Assembly: GCA_020891255.1 (NCBI GenBank) | Contig: BQFW01000005.1 | Location: 248,001-312,000, forward strand | Reading direction: 5' to 3' | From: Entomortierella parvispora E1425 | Lineage: Eukaryota > Fungi > Mortierellomycota | Length of the DNA stretch: 64,000 bases | Shown here: positions 60,137 through 64,000 of the stretch, one piece after another | Numbering within the stretch: position 1 is the stretch's first letter | Layout: each line of letters starts with the position of its first letter | The notes under the pieces: generated by a model | Seen by the model: only the letters and a program-made list of their open reading frames with translations | Database searches by the model: none | What the model was told of the DNA's origin: nothing | Translations under genes and position numbers: made by a program

Positions 60137-60997
60137 TTAGAACTTTGTCTCCAAAGCCGATCTATGTTCTTTGGTTTCTTCCGCAAGATCCAACTTTTCA
60201 CAAAGAAGAACTAACTCCTGTCTGTTGGGCTTTGTCTCGCCCTCGCTCAACAACTGCTTCTGAATCGTGTAAGCATCCTCGAACCTGTCCAAATGTCTCA
60301 ACACAAAGGCCTCGGACCACCTTGCGATCCTATATGTGCTCTTTGTCTTGGCCGTCTCCTTGTTCTCCAACGCCCTCTTCCGGATCGTCGTCGCCTCTCG
60401 GAACATCTCGAGCGACTCTTCATATTTCTTTTCATCAAACAGATCCCACGCCGAGTTGTTCAATGCAATCGCGGCCCAACTCTGAGTGTGGACATTTTCC
60501 GATCCACGTGCAATCTCGAGGGTGCGTTGGGCCCAAGTCGTGGTATCTGAAGGACCCGAATGCGGGTAGAGGATCGCCAGCATGTGGGCTGCATCTGCGG
60601 CAAAAAAGTCTACACCAGCAGCAGCAGCAGCAGCATCGGCGGCGTTGTTGGCTTGGTCGTAGGCCTTGCGGAAATAAGGAGCGGATTCTTCAGCGGGGGC
60701 TTTACTGGATCGGAGAACGCGGCCCATCTCGAGGTGGTAGCGGATATGAGGGATGAGCTCCTGAGAGGTTGCGAGGGCTTCTTTCAGGGTGGCTTTGGCA
60801 TCTTCAAAGTGGTCTTGGAGACCCTGGGCGCGGGCGAGTTGGGTCAAGGCCTCGGCCCGGAGATCAGAGGAGAGGGGAGGGTTGCTATCATTGTTGAGGA
60901 TCTGGCGAAAGGCGGTTTCGATGGCGGAGTGATCTGTGTGTTCGTCCCAGATATGGGCAAAGGCAGGGATTTGAGAGTCGGTAGTGGTTAGGGACAT
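60137..60997 (-). CDS. Intronless tetratricopeptide-repeat protein of a bacterial-type family
   Basis: IWD...E.AFR, EALTQLARAQGLQDHFEDA, RYHLEMGRVLRSS, FFAADAAHMLAI, WAAIALNNSAWDLFDEKKYEESLEMF, YRIARWSEAFVLRHLDRFEDA. Confidence 0.85.
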   Translation of the reverse strand: MSLTTTDSQIPAFAHIWDEHTDHSAIETAFRQILNNDSNPPLSSDLRAEALTQLARAQGLQDHFEDAKATLKEALATSQELIPHIRYHLEMGRVLRSSKAPAEESAPYFRKAYDQANNAADAAAAAAGVDFFAADAAHMLAILYPHSGPSDTTTWAQRTLEIARGSENVHTQSWAAIALNNSAWDLFDEKKYEESLEMFREATTIRKRALENKETAKTKSTYRIARWSEAFVLRHLDRFEDAYTIQKQLLSEGETKPNRQELVLLCEKLDLAEETKEHRSALETKF

Positions 60998-61692
60998 AAT
61001 CTGGTCGTCTTTTCGGAATAGAGAAAGGAGACAAGAGGGAGCAGAGGGTGGAGCGGTGAGTGAGAAATAATCCACTTCTGCCGGAATGGGGGGAGAACGG
61101 GTCCTTTTATACCTCTGGAAATGTTTGTTTGTCCCATCGCCTCCCATCTCTCATGGCAACCAGGGTCAAACAAAAGTCCAGGGTCCAAAAACGAGGCCTT
61201 AATTGGTTCGTTTGTGAGGACAGACAGACAAAAATTCTCGGAGGGAAAGGAGAGCCAATGGCCTGCTCAAGAGCACGTTTGTTTTCTGTGCTCTTCCCTG
61301 CAAGGTTTTTTTTTGTGGCGGTTGGGACAAGGCTAATTTTGTTCACCAACGCCGCAGGCGGGTGGTCTATGAATGGACGAATGGCATATTCCACTTAGTT
61401 GACCTGTCTTCAAACCGAGAAACTAACTAGTGAGGACCAAGAGACGAGTTGGCTGAAAAAAGAGAGAGAGAAGAAAAGAAATAGAAAGAGAAAGGCCACG
61501 CTCCTTTTTTTTTTTTTTTTTTTTTTTTTGTTTGTTGCATCCACGGCACGATTTGAAACAGCAGCAAACATCTTTGCTGTACATGCCATACATGATGGTG
61601 TTGATAGCATTCACAAAACGCCGAGGGTTTTACTACTAAAGTATGGTACATGGTACAAGAAACTATCTATACAACAAGAATATACAAATACA

Positions 61693-61827
61693 ATGGCGAT
61701 CACTGCACTGCAGATCATATCAAGCTCAAAGGGTTTCATGGCGATCACTGCACTGCAGATCATATCAAGCTCATAGGGTTTCATGGCGATCACTGCATTG
61801 CAGATCATATCAAGCTCAAAGGGTTTC
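61693..61827 (+). repeat. 45-bp unit x3 abutting the stop codon of F-box copy B
   Basis: atggcgatcactgcactgcagatcatatcaagctcaaagggtttc starts at 61693, 61738 and 61783, with one substitution in each of the last two copies. Confidence 0.95.
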
Positions 61828-63841
61828 ATAAAAGACGGGGGAAAGCCGAACCAATCCCATGGGGGTGTTGGGCCATCCACTCCTGCACGTTGTGGAGAAT
61901 CTCTCCTTGCCACTTGTCCGGAACCGAAACCCCCACACGATCGTAAAGGCCAATGATGGTGCGCAGTACTGGCCAGTTCTCCCTCATCCACTCCAGTTCT
62001 GCCACACCGATCTTGTGCGCCGTATTGGAGACATCCAGGCTTCTCAATTTCTTAAGTCCCGCCAATTCATCCAGGCCAGATGCGAGCGAAAGGGAAATGC
62101 ATTGAAGCTGTTCTGGCTGCGGAGCTGCAGAAGAGATTGCCCTGTTCCTCCCCGGCATACGGGTGATTGGGGACTCCTTACTGCGGGGACCATGTCCAAG
62201 GCAGAGCTCCTTGAGCGAGGTGAGCTGCCCCAGTTGGCCGTATATCCTTTGGATCTCATCTGTCGCGTCATCCTCTTCGTGCGAGACCAAGGCGCTGACG
62301 ACAGTCGAGCCACTTCTTAGGCGAGTAGTCCAACCAACGAGATCTGATCGCGGGATCCCTCCGATATTAATTGCAAGGGACTCGAGCTCCAAGCATGCCC
62401 ATGACGACGGGGCACCAACATCAGAGTTCAAAGGCGCTGCAGCCTCGCTCTTGACTGGCGCAGCTTGGCCATCGCTCGCCTGGATTGTCTCTCCGGTCCC
62501 CTGAGCCACGACAGCGCTCTCCACGATGGGATCAAACAATCCACCAAAGTCCATGGGCTGATACCGGATGTGATGAGCCGCGATTGACAAGTCGAACTCT
62601 TGAACAAGCGGACGGGAGAAGGTCAAGCCGCTCAACATCTTGAGGTTCTCTGCAGCAACTAAAAAGTCCTGCAAGAACTCCCCATCGAAACCGGAGACTC
62701 CCTCGACCACCAAACTCTCGAGCATTGGCGCGCCACTGAGAAGAAACGACCTTGTGCGGCCCCCAATCGTTCCTGACGGCGACAGGGAGAGGTGCTGCAA
62801 CATCACCCCCTCCAGAAAAAGGCCGGCGATTTCGTCTGTCACTGCCGGGACGTCATAACAGAGTTCCTTGAGACTCTTCAGTTGAGTGCTGACAATCGAG
62901 CTCATACGAGTTGGTGCCACTGACCAGGCAAGATTGCGATGGATCTCAAGCGTTTGGAGGTTTGGGCAGCGTTGTAGGAAGGCCACCAAAAGTTCCTCTG
63001 CGACCAAACCACTTACAGAAAAGTGCCCCAAAGACGGCAGAACAGGTACTGAGTCGTGAACACTAAACATCCAGTGTTGCACATTCGCTGACCAGTTGAC
63101 CACGTCGAAGTCCACGAAAAGGGACTGAAGTGCCCGTGACTGGATCCAGAACAAAGCACAGCTTAATCTAGGATCACTTGCCATAGCAGGGTGCAGCCTC
63201 CCAACGCCAGAGAGAGATAGGTGCCTTAGTCCACCTGCTCGACGAACGACCTCCAAGATGGTATCCAGCTCCGATGACACCAGAGGCTGAACTCGAGGAA
63301 AGGCTAAATGAACCGATTTCAACTTTTGCATCGCTCTTTCGGTTCGACCAGAGAGCAACATCTGGCCGTGGACCACTCCTTGCGAACTCTCGAACGATCT
63401 CAGTTGGTCCAAGGAGGCTTGGAAGGCTAACTGGGAAGAGGCTCGGAGGAAACGTCGGCATTGGACAGGCGAATACAGGCGAACGTCGCTCCAAAGTTCT
63501 CGAGTCCACATTCCGTTCCACTGCAGAGAGACCCTGCAACACCTGGCAATGCTCGCATGCCCAAGGTAGGTTGCAATCGTAGGGGTAATCTCTGGAGGCA
63601 AGTAGTTCCAGGAGGTGATGCGAGGCGCGGGGACGAGGGCGAAAGAAAGGACAGGAGAAGGCTCCTGTTGGACTGTGTGTTCAACGACAGTCTGAACTCG
63701 CTCGCGTGTGAGTTGCTGCTCCCAAACAGATCTCCATGTTCTCGACACCAATTTACAGTTGAGTTTATCCTCCTTGGAGAGATAAATGCAAATGAAAGAA
63801 ACAACCTCAGGCCAAAGAAGATCCCAAGAACTGTTGGTCAT
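61826..63841 (-). CDS. Intronless F-box/LRR protein with two F-box-like motifs (copy B)
   Basis: 671-aa ORF collinear with 44191-46206; same motifs and homologous upstream DNA to the window edge. Confidence 0.9.
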   Translation of the reverse strand: MTNSSWDLLWPEVVSFICIYLSKEDKLNCKLVSRTWRSVWEQQLTRERVQTVVEHTVQQEPSPVLSFALVPAPRITSWNYLPPEITPTIATYLGHASIARCCRVSLQWNGMWTRELWSDVRLYSPVQCRRFLRASSQLAFQASLDQLRSFESSQGVVHGQMLLSGRTERAMQKLKSVHLAFPRVQPLVSSELDTILEVVRRAGGLRHLSLSGVGRLHPAMASDPRLSCALFWIQSRALQSLFVDFDVVNWSANVQHWMFSVHDSVPVLPSLGHFSVSGLVAEELLVAFLQRCPNLQTLEIHRNLAWSVAPTRMSSIVSTQLKSLKELCYDVPAVTDEIAGLFLEGVMLQHLSLSPSGTIGGRTRSFLLSGAPMLESLVVEGVSGFDGEFLQDFLVAAENLKMLSGLTFSRPLVQEFDLSIAAHHIRYQPMDFGGLFDPIVESAVVAQGTGETIQASDGQAAPVKSEAAAPLNSDVGAPSSWACLELESLAINIGGIPRSDLVGWTTRLRSGSTVVSALVSHEEDDATDEIQRIYGQLGQLTSLKELCLGHGPRSKESPITRMPGRNRAISSAAPQPEQLQCISLSLASGLDELAGLKKLRSLDVSNTAHKIGVAELEWMRENWPVLRTIIGLYDRVGVSVPDKWQGEILHNVQEWMAQHPHGIGSAFPRLL

Positions 63842-64000
63842 AGCTGTAACGAGAGTGGTTGGTGGACGTTGTTATTATTGTCTTTAGAGAAGATACTATA
63901 GAGTAAGTTCACTTGGAGACTTGATCCAGGTCAGAGAAGACAGAGTGGGCCAGGCGGGAGAACAAGCGAGAGAAACGGGCGAAGCGCGGTGGCAAATTCA

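Noticed and set aside
61693-61827. CRISPR-like array
   Set aside because: Units are directly adjacent with no unique spacers, there are no cas genes, and the context is eukaryotic.

Overview
Intron-rich fungal genomic DNA. The gene families (WD40+TRP-like channels, Mortierella-type F-box/LRR proteins) point to Mortierellaceae; this is an inference. About 15 intact protein-coding loci plus two disrupted ones. Left to right: a partial Nhp10/INO80-like gene, an EI24-family gene, a disrupted Pro-rich 'VDRD'-repeat locus, two paralogous WD40+TRP-like channel genes flanking a CTO1/TH2-like HAD phosphatase, homogentisate dioxygenase, a coiled-coil protein with TQT motifs, a GIT1-like MFS permease, a DUF3712 protein, a bestrophin/UPF0187 channel, an F-box/LRR gene and a decayed relic, AP180, a DUR31-like Na+/solute symporter, a hypothetical protein, an intronless bacterial-type TPR gene and a second F-box/LRR copy. 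Highlights: (1) a complete TPP riboswitch aptamer about 400 nt downstream of the symporter stop codon, with upstream sequences that copy its P1/P3 strands next to candidate splice donors; (2) TRP-like channels with exchanged N-termini, one carrying an expanding array of a (V/I)(D/N)RD(T/R)PL motif that also fills a neighbouring broken locus; (3) a probable bacterial-origin TPR gene; (4) a double-F-box family showing birth, death and patchy homogenisation. No rRNA, tRNA, CRISPR array or recognisable transposon was seen. Exon boundaries were inferred by eye from GT/AG signals and paralogue comparison, and identities are visual estimates.
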